From positions 42,098,001 through 42,162,000 of the forward strand of contig NC_043002.1 in NCBI RefSeq assembly GCF_006345805.1: a stretch of DNA of 64,000 bases, written 5' to 3'. Source of the DNA: Octopus sinensis. Taxonomy: Eukaryota. The notes under the pieces are model-generated. The model was not told the origin of the DNA. It did no database searches and saw nothing but the letters and a program-made list of their open reading frames with translations. Each line of letters begins with the position of its first letter. Position 1 is the first letter of the stretch. Below, one piece after another: positions 63,919 through 64,000 of the stretch. Made by a program: the position numbers and the translations under genes.

Positions 63919-64000
63919 TCGAAACATTATTCTCAATAATGTTTCAATGATGAGACATCTTTCAGCTATGAATTTTATAGCATGGCTTCAGGGGAGAGTA

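Overview
AT-rich, microsatellite-dense animal genomic DNA. The SINE set and (TA)n/(CATA)n load suggest a coleoid cephalopod such as Octopus (inference, not verified). No intact protein-coding gene is recognisable, and almost all ORF-track entries are translated microsatellites or SINEs. The window looks intronic or intergenic. It holds three modular tRNA-derived SINE families (called A, B, C here), decayed LINEs (RTE, CR1-type, R4/Dong-like, Tx1-like), Tc1/mariner/DD37D and hAT transposase relics, Helitron pieces including a Rep/helicase pseudogene, several MITEs and a 100-N gap. The most notable signal is a set of type I hammerhead ribozyme motifs in small non-coding elements, mostly sitting in (TA)n arrays. 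Four cluster at 8.1-10.7 kb, including a 580-bp 1.3-mer whose repeat starts at the predicted cleavage site (retrozyme/Penelope-like). Two more form an inverted pair at 47.4-48.1 kb and one decayed copy lies at 26.2 kb. Two candidate minus-strand host exons (15199-15294, 40867-40989) are also seen, the second with a perfect 15-bp complement covering its splice acceptor. All coordinates were read by eye and repeat boundaries are approximate.
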